The notes under the pieces: generated by a model
Told to the model about the DNA's origin: nothing
Database searches by the model: none
The model's input: only the letters and a program-made list of their open reading frames with translations
Translations under genes and position numbers: made by a program
Shown here: in pieces, positions 40,076 to 52,907 of the stretch
How positions within the stretch are numbered: position 1 is the stretch's first letter
Layout of the letters: every line of letters starts with the position of its first letter
DNA from: Octopus vulgaris
Lineage: Eukaryota
Assembly (NCBI GenBank): GCA_951406725.2
Contig: OX597828.1
Span: forward strand, 35,960,001-36,024,000
Direction of reading: 5' to 3'
Length of the DNA: 64,000 nt

Positions 40076-40405
40076 AGAGTGGAGCCTGGTGCAGCCGTCC
40101 AACCCATGCTAGCATGGAAAGCAGAAGTTAAATGATGATGATATATATACTTCTAATATACATATATAGATAGAAATAGATATAGAAATATATATATACA
40201 TGTGTATACATGTATATATAAAAAACATGTGCGCATATATATATATTTATATATATTTGCCCAAAATCACGCAGTTGGGGTGAAGGGAGAGGAGAGAAAA
40301 TAGTAATTCAGTGAAGAAGTAGTGACAGTAATAGCTATGGCTGAGAGGGAGTGAGAGAAAGTAATAGCAATGAGAGAGAGGAAGTGGCAAAGAGAGCATC
40401 GTGTA

Positions 40406-40773
40406 TCTTCTACTATAATAACACACTTGTGTATTTCTCCGTCACAACATATGAATGAGAAAGGAAGGGGTGATCCACCGATGGGAGTGAGATGGGGAAA
40501 AGCCAACGGTGTGAGTAAATGTGTGTATGTGTGTGTGTGTTTGTGTAAAATATATTTATATATTTGAGTGAGTGTATATGTGTTTCTGTATGTTTATTTA
40601 GAAAGATACATAGAAAATAGAATTACAGACATGCGCATTTACCCATGCATATATATATTACTGAGGATTACTTGACATATTATATTTGCTGTAATATTTG
40701 CAGCTTTAATAAATTGTTATAGTATGAAACAATTGTACTAAATTACCGATCCATTCTTGTTGCTTATTTTTTG

Positions 40774-40820
<47 letters not shown>

Positions 40821-41112
40821 TTAGAGATAAAACCACTATTAGGCAAATCATACAATGAAAAACTTAAGCCAATACATAAGATTATTTAATTTATATTATT
40901 TAAATATATAACAAAATTATTTAAAAAAAATATAATTAATATATATTTAAATAATATAAATTAAATAATCTTATGTATTGGCTTAAGTTTTTCATTGTAT
41001 GATTTGCCTAATAGTGGTTTTATCTCTAATTTAATATAATATAATATTTTACTATAAAATTGGATTCAATCCTAAATCTGATTTTTCCCTGTAAGTTTGG
41101 ATTTATTCCCTA

Positions 41113-41159
<47 letters not shown>

Positions 41160-41359
41160 AACAAACAGGTAAAAAGGAAGGAAGCGGGCTGTGAGAAAGT
41201 GTAGCAAACCACGTTCGCTACAGGCTGTACATATAAATGTATACATATGCACACACACACATACAGTTGAAGCACTGATTATTTTTCACCTTTTTGTACC
41301 CTTTTCATATATAAAATACTAAAACTAGCTGTCGTTTTTGACGGCACAGGGCCAGCTAG
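40406..41359 (+). mobile_element. Non-autonomous Helitron
   Basis: a|TCttctactataata start; 3' hairpin gctgtc..gacggc then CTAG|t; same termini as 57140-58210. Confidence 0.82.
40812..41115. mobile_element. Young fold-back insertion in (TA)n with apparently perfect ~97-bp arms
   Basis: 40812-40908 is the reverse complement of ~40941-41037, followed by a ~75-bp unpaired tail. Confidence 0.85.
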
Positions 41360-41374
41360 TAATAATAATGATAT

Positions 41375-41753
41375 CAAATTTTGCCACAAGGGTACCAACT
41401 TTGGGGGAGGGGATGAGTCGATTACATCGTGTGTTCAACTGGTACTTATTTTATCGACTCTGAAAAGGATGAAAGGCAAAGTCGACTTCGGAAGAATTTG
41501 AACTTAGAACTCAGACGAAATACCTATTTCTTTACTACCCATAAGGGGCTAAACACAGAGAGGACACACAAGGACAAACGGATTAAGTCGATTATATCGA
41601 CCCCAGTGCGTAACTGGTACTTATTTAATCGACCCCGAAAGGTTGAAAGGCAAAGTCAACCTCGGCGGAATTTGAACTCAGAACGTAGCGGCAGACGAAA
41701 TTCCGCAAAGCATTTCGCCCGGCGTGCTATCGTTTCTGTCAGCTCACCGCCTT
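41375..41753 (-). mobile_element. SINE family A dimer
   Basis: Two bodies joined at gacgaaatacc|tatttctttact. Confidence 0.88.
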
Positions 41754-42291
41754 AATATTAGTAGTGATGATGATGACGATGATGATGATAAGTTTAAAAG
41801 ATTACATTTCCTAACAAAAATACAACCATATATACGCGTGAATTTCTGAGGGGCCACACCCACCTCCAAGTAATCGTGTTCCGCCTGGCAAAATTTCTCT
41901 CGGAGACCCTGTGTCTGTGTGTGTGCGCTAACAAAGGCATAGCATGAGTTACGCAGTCGCCTTTGGGCGCAGGTGTGAAGGCAACACAAAATTCCTTCTG
42001 GTTTATCATACCTGTTAATTAAGGTGGAGACGCCAATAGTGTCATTGCCCGCCGGTCGCTAAGACCGGATAACTTGAAACAAGTTTGTTTTCAATTTTTG
42101 GTTTGTTTGTTTTTTTCATAGTTTTGGTCATGTTTTATGTAAACATGCAGTACACACACACACACATGCATACACACACATACAATGTTATGATAAATTA
42201 TGAATGTGTACGACCTTACTGTATATATGCATGTATATAGCACCCATCATTATATATATATATGCGTATATAACTATACACACTCACACAC

Positions 42292-42410
<119 letters not shown>

Positions 42411-42467
42411 CGGATTATCTCACACAATTCCTATTGCAAACATATACATACACAAGAAATTAATTTA

Positions 42468-42510
<43 letters not shown>

Positions 42511-43546
42511 CATACATACATGAATGCATGCATATATGTGATTACATTCAAGTTATATTACGTTAGTTATGATAAACAGATATATATATTTGCATACACT
42601 TACACACACATTGTGAACGTACCCAAGCCGGATGTATATATGTACGTTTACAGAGGATATCTGATGTGATATAATAGTCAGTAAATCGTATACAATCAGT
42701 TTGACGTTCAAATTTTCAGAATATTTCTTACTTTCTTTGTATCCTTCAAAAAGAAAAAAAGAAAACTAGGGCGGTCATCAGATCCTGCCTTGTCCAAACA
42801 TAATATAAAGTCTGTTGAGAATTAACTTTTTAAAAGCGAAAGTCGAAAACGAGATATATTTCGTGTAAAGCGCAATTACGAATTCTTAAGCAACCAGTGA
42901 ATGTGTGCGAATATATTTATACAAAGAGCTCTATAGCTATATATATATATACACGCATACACATAGCTATATTTATGTATCTATACAAATTTATGTATGT
43001 ATATATGTATGTATACCTACTTCACTTTAAGCTGTCCCTGCAAACGGATTGCTTTCGACGAGTGTAAATATTTCAGCTTTAGTAATGCCGTCAACAACCC
43101 AAACACATTTCCTTCAAATGAGAAAGGCATGAACGTCACCCAGTCTCATCACTTTCTTTCTCTATCTATCTATGCCTTTCTCTTTCTCCATTATCGACTA
43201 CCACCTTCGACAAATAAAAAATAAAAAAAGGCAAATTTTCAAAATTCCAGGACTTCTTGTGCAAGCTATCATTATATATAAACACGAGAGAAAAGTGTCT
43301 TCTTGTTTGGTGGTGGTGACGTTGTTAGTGTCGCTATTAACCCTTTCCCAGTCAGTCCACTTCGAACATTTAAGAAAAGACGTTCCACCCGTGATCATCT
43401 CATATCTTTTGTATTATTTTCAGACAGTGTATCTCGGACAATAAAAAAACCAATGGCCCTTTTTTTTTATATATGCCAGTTGGGTATGGTTTAGGCTGCT
43501 ATTTCTAGCATATCGATCAACCACATAGATCAACCACATAGATCAA

Positions 43547-43689
43547 CCACATGGACAACCTTTTCGAGAAGCGGGCCGCATAAGACATGGCTCATCATCT
43601 GGCGGGCCGCACTACTAAAAAGTTTAAGGTAATTTTTCGTTATGCGTTCCATTCCGAAAATCCTGCGGGCCGTAGGTTGCTCGTGGCTG
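43547..43689. mobile_element. hAT-Charlie-type MITE remnant
   Basis: catggacaacct / aggttgctcgtg ends with three gcgggccg motifs. Confidence 0.6.
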
Positions 43690-43845
43690 ACATACAGGTT
43701 ATTAACCCACGCCAGTTAGCTTCGGTAGGAGAGGTAACGGCCTTCCTCTAATTGGTTTCGCAACGACACTTTATGGGTTTCAATCCTTCAAGTTGTCCTA
43801 TTTGTATTTTATTTTTATTTCGGGGTCGCTGAAATAAAAATGTAC

Positions 43846-44007
43846 GTGGCTGTGTGGTAAGTAGCTTGCTTACGAACCACATGGTTCCGGATTCAGTCCC
43901 CCTGCGTGACACCTTGGGCAAGTGCCTTCTACTATAGCCTCGGGCCGACCAAAGCCTTGTGAGTGGATTTGGTAGACGGAAACTGAAAGAAGCTCGTCGT
44001 ATATATG

Positions 44008-44093
<86 letters not shown>

Positions 44094-44281
44094 TCCCTCC
44101 CCCCAACATCGCTTGACAACGATGCTGGTGTGTTAACGTCTCCGTAACTTAGCGGTTCGGCAAAAGCGACCGATAGAATAAGTACTAGGCTTACAAAGAA
44201 TAAGTCCTGGGGTCGATTTGCTCGACTAAAGGTGGTGATCCAGCATGGCCACAGTCAAAATGACTGAAACAAGTAAAAGAG
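43846..44281 (+). mobile_element. SINE family B, near-intact
   Basis: Very similar to 14850-15256. Confidence 0.9.
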
Positions 44282-45984
44282 CTTGTTTGTTATTCGCTTC
44301 GCAATGGGATTTATTTAAATGCCTACACCCGTTACTCACCCCGAGCAAAATTTTACAAACTTAGCAGTTATAACGGAACCAATAAATTAATATAAACATG
44401 TTGCTGCTGTTGTTGTTGCTGCTGTTTAGCCCCAGGTCAGCTTTGATTGAGCAAACCCACATTCGTTCAGAGCGATGCTTATATTGGGGCGGTACTTGGG
44501 ATATTGTATAAACTTGTATAGATTGTACAGGCTCAAAAAGAGACTACAAAGTCAAGGGTTGCCCTAGTTAGCACACACAGTAGCTACGCCACCAATTCAA
44601 AGACATTCCAGTCGTGACAACACCATCTATATTCACTACTTAATCGAATTTGACTTGCCTTTATCTGAAAGAGAAATCTGTAACTTAAAAGAGATTTGGC
44701 TGTCATTTCTAACACTTCTGTCTTCGACCTCATAGACCGTGCACCTTTTTTTGTTTTTTCAGAACCTGAGGTGAATTATCAGATTACAAGTGCACAAGAA
44801 AATATGAAGGGCTGCAACAGTACAGAAAAGAGAGGCCTAGAGACGAGGGCGTTGGGCTCACGATCATGAGGTCGTGGGCTCGATTCTTGGACTGGGCGGC
44901 GCATTTGCATTTTTCAGCAAGGCGTCGCTTTTCACGCTGTTCTAGAGTACACAACTGGAAATGGGTGCCAGCCTGATGCTGATGTAACCCTTTCTCTAGT
45001 GGTGTAACCAGAGGAGGGGACAATCCACCCCAGGCGATGTTTTTGTGGGAGGGAGGTACTTAAGAGGTCTACTGTATAAGCTTCGGGGCCTGGAGGGGCG
45101 GCTCATATTAGTTACGTCCTTGCCTATTTCCCTCCATCTTTTACATACTGGACCCTTTGACTGCGCAATACAATTTCATGGTCATTCCCGTAATGATGTT
45201 AGTTAATCTACAGAAATTAGAATCGGTATTTTCTACTTCTGCAACACTTTCTCAGTATGTCCTGTCGATACGGTTTTCATGTCTACCACTAAAAAGTATT
45301 TGATTCTGTCTCTGTAAAGATATATTTGATGAAATACGTGAAAAAAGAAAATTAAGAAAAAATCTGAAAAATTTTGATTTGTAAAAAGTGTTACTGGGAA
45401 TGTCTCCGCTTCTCGCAGTATTAGGATTTTTTTTTTAAGCCGTGGGGCAAAACCGCTTTCTGTAACCTAAAGGGTTAATGTTCCGCTTGGTCCGAGAGTG
45501 AAAGGACGGAGAAAGTATCCCTATTTGCTCGCGACTACATGGCACATGCGCCTAAGTCATACTCGCTTGCGAGTGACGGCTATGGATAATTAATACCTTT
45601 AAAAAGGCGGGATTTTCACTACTGAGTATTTTTGATGATATATTTGCCCATTTCGCATATCATACAATACTGTACTGTCTGAAGAAGAAGTTTAAAACAT
45701 AACGGACATTGTATAAAAAAAAGATAAAACGGGTGGTCAGGTTTAGAACGCCTTTGATCAGCTGACTTGGATCAAAAGAACAACATTAAGTCCCTTTTCT
45801 GTAGACTAACATGAAAGATTGCAAGTCATGAGGGTAGACCTGTGCAAAGCTGGTTAACAGATCCGATCAGATGTGAAATGCGAGTTTTATTTCAAATTAC
45901 GAAAATATTTGAATAATCAGTGCTTAAATACATACAGTTTGTGTATGGGTTACAAGTATTCGCGTGTAGATGTAATGTATAGGA

Positions 45985-46160
45985 GCACTCTGTCGGTTAC
46001 GATCAACGGAACAGCTGGCTTGTGAAATCAACGTGCAAGTGGCTGACCATTCCACAGACACGTGTACCCTTAACTCAAAGAGACGACACAAAAAACGGAC
46101 GGGTCATTCGAAGCCTCTAATCTTCAGTCAAGAACCGGATCATCCTCGCAATTTCGGCTG

Positions 46161-46235
<75 letters not shown>

Positions 46236-46882
46236 TCAATGCATTCAATTTATGTAGGGTCACTGGTATAATGTATATCTGGAGTACCTGTATTTGTAAC
46301 GCTTAAATTTATGTATGGTTTACGGGTAATATACATGTGTGTAGAGCACACATACATGCAATGCTTCGATAAATTCAGCTTATGTATGGGTAGCAAGAAC
46401 ATACCACATGTAGATAGAGAGAGTACATGTATAAGTATATCGTGTACTTAGAAGTAACAGAAGAGAATAAAAGAACTAGGATGATTCATAGTAAAGTAAT
46501 TCTTTACCAGAGTCCTTCCATTTGTCTCTAACAGAAGAGTTACCTCAAAATCTAGGCCCATACACAAGCGTAGCTAGGCGGGGCGGTATGGGCGGTCCGC
46601 CCAGGGCGGCACTATTGGGTCTGCTATAAGCAATGGTTTTTGTGGGGTCCAGGGGCGGCAAACGGAAGGGCCGCCCCGGACGGCACACACTGCAGCTATA
46701 CTAGTGGGCCAAGGCTGGCCCTTTTTTGAAATACAGGTACTACTCGTTTTTGCCAGCTGAGTGGACTGGGGCAACGTGAAATAAAGTGTCTTGCTCAAGG
46801 ACACAAAGCATCGCCGGGGATCGAACTCACAACCTTACGATCATGAGCCGAAGCCCTAACCACTAAGCCACGCGCCCTCACA
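45985..46882 (-). mobile_element. SINE-D-type copy split by insertions, including a GC-rich hAT-like MITE at 46563-46706
   Basis: Tail at 45985-46075, head at 46707-46882; tagatgtaatgtata-like flanks; MITE ends cacaagcgtagct / agctatactagtg. Confidence 0.62.
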
Positions 46883-47398
46883 GATGTAATGTATATGTAG
46901 TGCTTAAATACATAGAGTATATGTAACAGAAACACCTACCTACATCCCAGACACGGTCATGTATATGCATGCAAGTATCGCCTTGTTAATAAGTTCGCTT
47001 AACAAATTCGTAGCACTCTGACGGTTGTGTTTTCTAGCAAGGCTCGAGGCGACCCAATAGCGTAACGCAGAGAGTGCAAAGTGGGCGAACCAGAGTAGCC
47101 ACTTTATATTCGTGTGTTGGCTATTGATGAAGGCATGTTATGTTTAAGGAAGTGGGTAACCAATTAGGCTATCGTACGGAACAGCCCAACAGAAACTGTA
47201 CGAATCCTTCAAAGATAGGGAAGGAGACGGTGGGCATAATCTGTAGCCCTATTCAACCACACCATTTGGTTTTGGGATGCATTTGACTGAGTGCAATTTT
47301 CTACCAGCAGGCCCATCGCCAGACTTTGGTTCCTGGGGGTGCTTCAGAATAATGCTGAAATGGAGTTTCGAAGTAAGTCTATCACCGTAAATCTGAGG

Positions 47399-47642
47399 GT
47401 GCATCATTGAACAGTGAGGGGATAGTGCACCTCCATTGCGACAGGCACGATTACAAGTCTCCTGTTTGAGTATAATGTCCTCCCTTATAACTATACTTTA
47501 GGCCCTTAAAAGAATCGTGAACTTTTCCTTCTTACTCTGGTATAAGGGAAGAAATTATAGTTAAACAGGAGACTTGTAACCATGCCTCTGTCGCTAAGGA
47601 GGTGCACTAGACTGCACTGTCCCCTCGCTATTCAATAGTGCA
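47399..47642. mobile_element. MITE-like inverted repeat
   Basis: tagtgcacctcc...ttacaagtctcctgttt...cccttata mirrored by tataaggg...aaacaggagacttgtaa...ggaggtgcacta. Confidence 0.7.
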
Positions 47643-48207
47643 ACAGCTTTTAAGTAAAAATTCACCTAAACTAAAGTTCTTATTGTTTTAGCCTGTTTTC
47701 GTCCCCACCGTCAACATTCTCGCCAAAATGGAAGGACCAGTATGATCGCAGTTGTTTTGTCCCAGATTAATTTTGATTGAGATAATCTAATGCCAAAAGT
47801 TTTCCAGTCAAGATCAGACCGATTTCTTTGGGGTTTTTTTTTTGGTGGGGGGTCTAAATATAAGCGCAGCTATGGCTATGTGGTTAGGATGTTCGATTTG
47901 CAACAGCGTAAGTTCCGGGTTCAACTCCACTACGCGGCACCTTGGGCATATGACTTTAATATAGCCCCGAGCCGACCAATAATTTATGAGTGAAGGTGGT
48001 ACGCGGACAGTGTGGACACCCGACGTATATGTGCGCGCGTGTGTGTGTGTATGTGTGTTTGTGTCTACCTTTGTCCCCACACAGGCCGCTCGCTTGATAA
48101 CTGGTGTTGACATATTAACGACCCCATAACTTAGCGCTTCTGCAAAAGGAGACCGATAGGGTGTGTACTGGGATGCAATCTATTCGACTAAAATTCATCA
48201 AGGTGGG

Positions 48208-48299
48208 GTGCGAATCTGCATAAGCCCCGATAAGGGGCAGGTGCGAATCTGCATTAGCCCCGATAAGGGGCAGGTGCGAATCTGCATTAGCCCCGATAA
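48208..48299. repeat. 33-bp tandem repeat x3 at the end of a degenerate SINE-B (47865-48207)
   Basis: gtgcgaatctgcattagccccgataaggggcag. Confidence 0.9.
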
Positions 48300-48645
48300 A
48301 CGATAGCGTATCTAAGAGCACATTCCTTAATGTACCTTTTTCAAAACGAGTAAAGTGTGAGTGAATAAAGGGAGATTTAACAGCTATTTCTGATAGATAG
48401 CCTGACCACGTGGAGGTTCCTTTTGTGTGCTTTCAGGTTTGATTGAGAGTACTTTTTTAAAAAAAAGCAATGAAACGAGGTAAAGGAATCCATTCAAACG
48501 GACGAATGACATAAATCTGAATAAGTTAAAGGACCATGTAATGAACCCGTGCATGAAAAATCTTATTTACAATTTACCTTTTAGTTGGGGAAGAAAACTA
48601 AAACCTTGTGGAAACTGTGACTCATTATCATATGTATGTGTGTGC

Positions 48646-48696
<51 letters not shown>

Positions 48697-48991
48697 CATA
48701 CATGCAGACACACACACGTACATCACAAACGTCACATATTTGTATATTTTTATTTTTACGCGTAAAAGGTTCATAGGGACTTCGAAGTGCCAGCTTAGTT
48801 GCTTTCGTCAGCTTCACGGAGGTGACTAAGCCGGAACTAATCGTTGTCAACCTTAGTAAAAATTATGTATGTATGCATGTATGTACGTACGTACTTATGC
48901 ATGTATGTATGTATGTATGTATGTATGTATGTATGTATGTATGTATGTATGTATGTATTATGTATGTATGTATGCATGTATGTATGTACGC

Positions 48992-49049
<58 letters not shown>

Positions 49050-49432
49050 GTATGTATGTGTTTGTATCGTAAGATTATATAACTGTTTTTTTTCTCAAAC
49101 GCAAAAATAAAATGTTTATTACAAAACACAAGTTTAAAAGAATTATTTCAAACAAGGAATGAAAGTTTCGAATCCTGAGACAGAGAGACAGGCAGACAGG
49201 CATGCGGATAGACAAAGACTGTACCTACACAGAACTGACAAGGATCTGAAGACAGTTTTGGGCTGCAAACTCTGAGTGGAAGCTCAGCTGGTGAGGGAAA
49301 ATTCCGAGGGTTGCTGATTATTTCCAGTAGGTGTGGCAAATCTTCTCTTAATTAATTAAAGAATATGTACATCAACCATAGACGACATGGTACCCCCAGC
49401 AGAAATGCCGGTACTTTGAGTCAGCCCAAATG

Positions 49433-49505
<73 letters not shown>

Positions 49506-50380
49506 TAGAGATACATATACGCGTGTGTATTTGTGTATATATTTGTATAAGTGTGTATCTTTATATGTATATTTGTGTATGTGTATGTACATGTATGCGT
49601 GTTTTTATTAATATTTGACAGAAGTCACAGAGTGACTTAAGGGCCGAGAGTTCCGTGCGTTAATACTTAAACTAGTATGTGTAAGGGTTTGTGTGTATAT
49701 GTATTTAAGTATGTATGCATACATTTGTATTATATCCGTGCATATACACCCGTGTGTGTGTGTGTACAATCTATACTGACCGGTATCCGGTTTGTTTCTT
49801 CCGCTGCCAGTGTTAGCTGTCTTCTCAACGGACCGATATCACATCACTAACTGAATGATGACTAAACCTACGAATGAATGAATGAATGAATGAATGAATG
49901 AATGAGTGAATGAATGAGTGAATGAGTGAATGAATGAGTAAATAGATCAGATCGATCTGTGCAATCGATCAATCGATCGATACACAGATATACAAAGGTA
50001 CTCCGAGTAGGCTATTGCTCTTATCATCTAGTTCTTGTTGTTGCTGTTGTTCTGTAGACCTAAGTTCGCCCTGACATCGGCAGAATGACCAAGGATCAAA
50101 ACAATTTCAGCTCTGATGTTTTTTGTTGAGCACCAAGTCAACCTTAATCCAAACGACCTATGAATAAAGACAATCCAGTTATGATCATCACATTTTTTTT
50201 TCTGTTCAGCTTAAGCATGGTGTACACTGAACGGCATTATCTAATGTGTCCTTTTGTTTTTCTGTTTTCAAGACATTAGGGTGAGATTTGAGGGAGATTA
50301 GGCTGCTATTTCTTGCTGAACGAGTGATCATCAGATGTGGTCTAGACCGCCAAATACATGTCTATCCATAACTCTGTCTG

Positions 50381-50419
<39 letters not shown>

Positions 50420-51007
50420 TTTCATATAATTGTAAGTGAAATTTAGCTGCTAGATCTTAACCGATCGAGCGATCCACATCATAGTATAAATCTCGTCGGT
50501 CGTCCCTCGCACGTTTCCGAGTATTTTTTCTTCTTTCTCTTAATTATTGTGTCCGTTTTTCTGATGACTAAGATAATCCAATCCTGGCAGACGACAATGC
50601 AGTCATACAAGACGCATTCGACAGACAAGCGAGGCGAGCGGTCTTTCGTTTTTGTCGTCTGTCCTTTTAATTTCTGCGACGTCACTTATTCAAACGGATT
50701 TGCGCAGCAGCCTCGAGATAGTTGCACGCAAAAGTTTTCAGCTACTGCTTGTTAGCTTGTTAGCTTGTTTTTACTTGGGAATCTCTTAGTGCCAAGTTCA
50801 CTGTAAAGGATCTTGTGAGGTATCCAAGGATGCACTGTTTTTGATGGCAAACCAGTGGTCCCCTACCTTTTTGCACCTTGGACAGGTTTCATGCCGAACA
50901 ATATTTCAACAAACCAGGGGATCACACGCACAAGAAAAAACACAATAAAGCGCATGGGAAGATCCGAGCATGATATATGATTTAATTATTATGTATATAA
51001 TACACAT

Positions 51008-51592
51008 GTATACGTTTCTACTCTAGGCACAAGACTCGAAATCTTTGGGGTGGGGGGGGCCAGTCGATTAGATCGAGTCCAGCAAGTAACTGGTACTTAA
51101 TTTATCGACCCCGAAAGGATGAAAGGCAAAGTCGACTTCGGTGGAATTTGAACTCAGAACGTAAAGACAGACGAAATACCTATTTCTTTACTACCCACAA
51201 GGGGCTAAACACAGAGAGAACAAACAAGGACAAACGGATTAAGTCGATTATATCGACCCCAGTGCGTAACTGGTACTTATTTAATCGACCTCGAGAGGAT
51301 GAAAGGTAAAGCCGACCTCGGCGGAATTTGAACTCAGAACGTACCGGCAGGCGAAATACCTATTTCTTTACTACCCACAAGGGGCTAAACACAGAGAGGA
51401 CATACAAGGACAGACAAAGGAATTAAGTCGATTACATCGGCCCCAGTGCGTAACTGGTACTCATTTAATCGACCTCGAGAGGATGAAAGGCAAAGCCGAC
51501 CTCGGTGGAATTTGAACTCAGAACGTAACGGCAGACGAAATACGGCTAGGCATTTCGCCCGGCGTGCCAACGTTTCTGCCAGCTCGCCGCCT
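51008..51592 (-). mobile_element. SINE family A trimer (~180-bp period)
   Basis: Junction gaaatacc|tatttcttta at ~51180 and ~51360; taatacacat on both flanks. Confidence 0.9.
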
Positions 51593-51689
51593 TAATACAC
51601 ATAGATCACATATATAATACATAAATACACGCATGCATACATACATACATACATACATACATACATACATACATACATACATACATACA

Positions 51690-51721
<32 letters not shown>

Positions 51722-51855
51722 CGTATACAATACATATATAATGCATATATAATGCGGAAAATAGAAACATAATTTTAAAGTTGATTTTTTCTGTGCAGCC
51801 AGGTACCAGATGACCCACAGCCCGTACTGGTCAGCGACCCGATGGTTGGGGTTCC

Positions 51856-52076
51856 CTGGCAGAAACGTTAGCACGACGGGTGAAATGCTTAGTGGTATTT
51901 CGTCCGCCGTTACGTTCTGAGTTCAAATTCCGCCGAGGTTGACTTTGCCTTTCATCCTTTCGGGGTCGATTAAATAAGTACCAGTTACGCACTGGGTCGA
52001 TATAATCGACTTAATCCGTTCGTCTGTTCTTGTTTGTCCCCTCTATGTTTAGCCCCTTGTAGATAGTAAAGAAATA
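51856..52076 (+). mobile_element. SINE family A inserted in the hAT right TIR
   Basis: TSD ggttggggttcc at 51844-51855 and 52077-52088. Confidence 0.88.
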
Positions 52077-52280
52077 GGTTGGGGTTCCATGGCATTAAAG
52101 AAGCCCGGGTATATTAGACGCACCCCAACTTCAGCAGCACATATTCAAGAGAAAAATGTTTTTAGTGCATTAGAGCCTGTAATATAGGCCCATCTACGAA
52201 TATAGCATCTCGGGTGGATTTTTTTTTTTTTTAGAATAAAAGTATGTCTTTTGTATACGCCTTCAAACAAGATACATGAC

Positions 52281-52337
52281 CTGTCTACAAGTTTCGTGTT
52301 ACTTTGGAAGACTGTCTGACAACATCTTCAGAAACAG
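52281..52337 (-). ncRNA. Type I hammerhead-like motif
   Basis: Reverse complement ctgttt-CTGAAGA-tgtt(20 nt)aaca-c-GAAA-cttg-TA-gacag; inverted remnant acacgaaactagt at ~52352. Confidence 0.6.
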
Positions 52338-52382
52338 AAACTGAAAACAACACACGAAACTAGTGGTATATCAGGCTATTGT

Positions 52383-52718
52383 TGGTTCAGTGGTTAGAGC
52401 GTCGACCTTACGATCGTGAGGTTGTGAGCTCGAATCCCGGACCGGGCTGCGTGTTGTGTTCTCGAGCAAGGCACTTTATTTCACGTTGCTCCAGTTCACT
52501 CAGCTGTAGAAATGAGTTGCGACGTCACATGTGCCAAGCTGTATCGGCCCTTGTCTTTCCCTTGGATAACATCGGTGGCGTGGAGAGGGGAGGCTGTAAT
52601 GCATGGGCGACTGCTGGTCTTCCATAAACCAACCTTGCCCAGACTTGTGTCTAGGAGGGTAACTTTCTAGGTGCAATCCCATGATCATTCATGACCGAAG
52701 GGGGTCTTTACCCTTTAC
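52383..52718 (+). mobile_element. SINE family C
   Basis: tRNA head, CORE-like gagcaaggcacttt, RTE-5'UTR-like body; matches 9046-9372. Confidence 0.88.
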
Positions 52719-52907
52719 TGATGCGAAATATAAACAATGTATGAAGACAAAGAAACCCGGATGCTTTCGCTAACAGAAGCCTCGAACAACCATGAACAAG
52801 AGGTCTGGGTCACCATTATTGTGGGAAATACTTGAGAAAACCATAACTAACAACACCAAAACACTCTCTTCTTAACCATTTTGTATTCAGATTACTTTGT
52901 CAAATGT

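Larger units (their letters stand above)
50853..52091. mobile_element. hAT-Charlie (MER1-like) non-autonomous element with two SINE-A insertions
   Basis: Left end cagtggtcccctaccttttt; right end cccgtactggtcagcgacccgatggttggggttcc. Confidence 0.68.

Noticed and set aside
45150-45478. piggyBac-like MITE ending aaagggttaa
   Set aside because: Left end matches only 7 bp and lacks TTAA
49243-49282. Hammerhead-like ctgaaga-cag..ctg-caaa-ctctgag
   Set aside because: No GAAA, GUG triplet and no stem I
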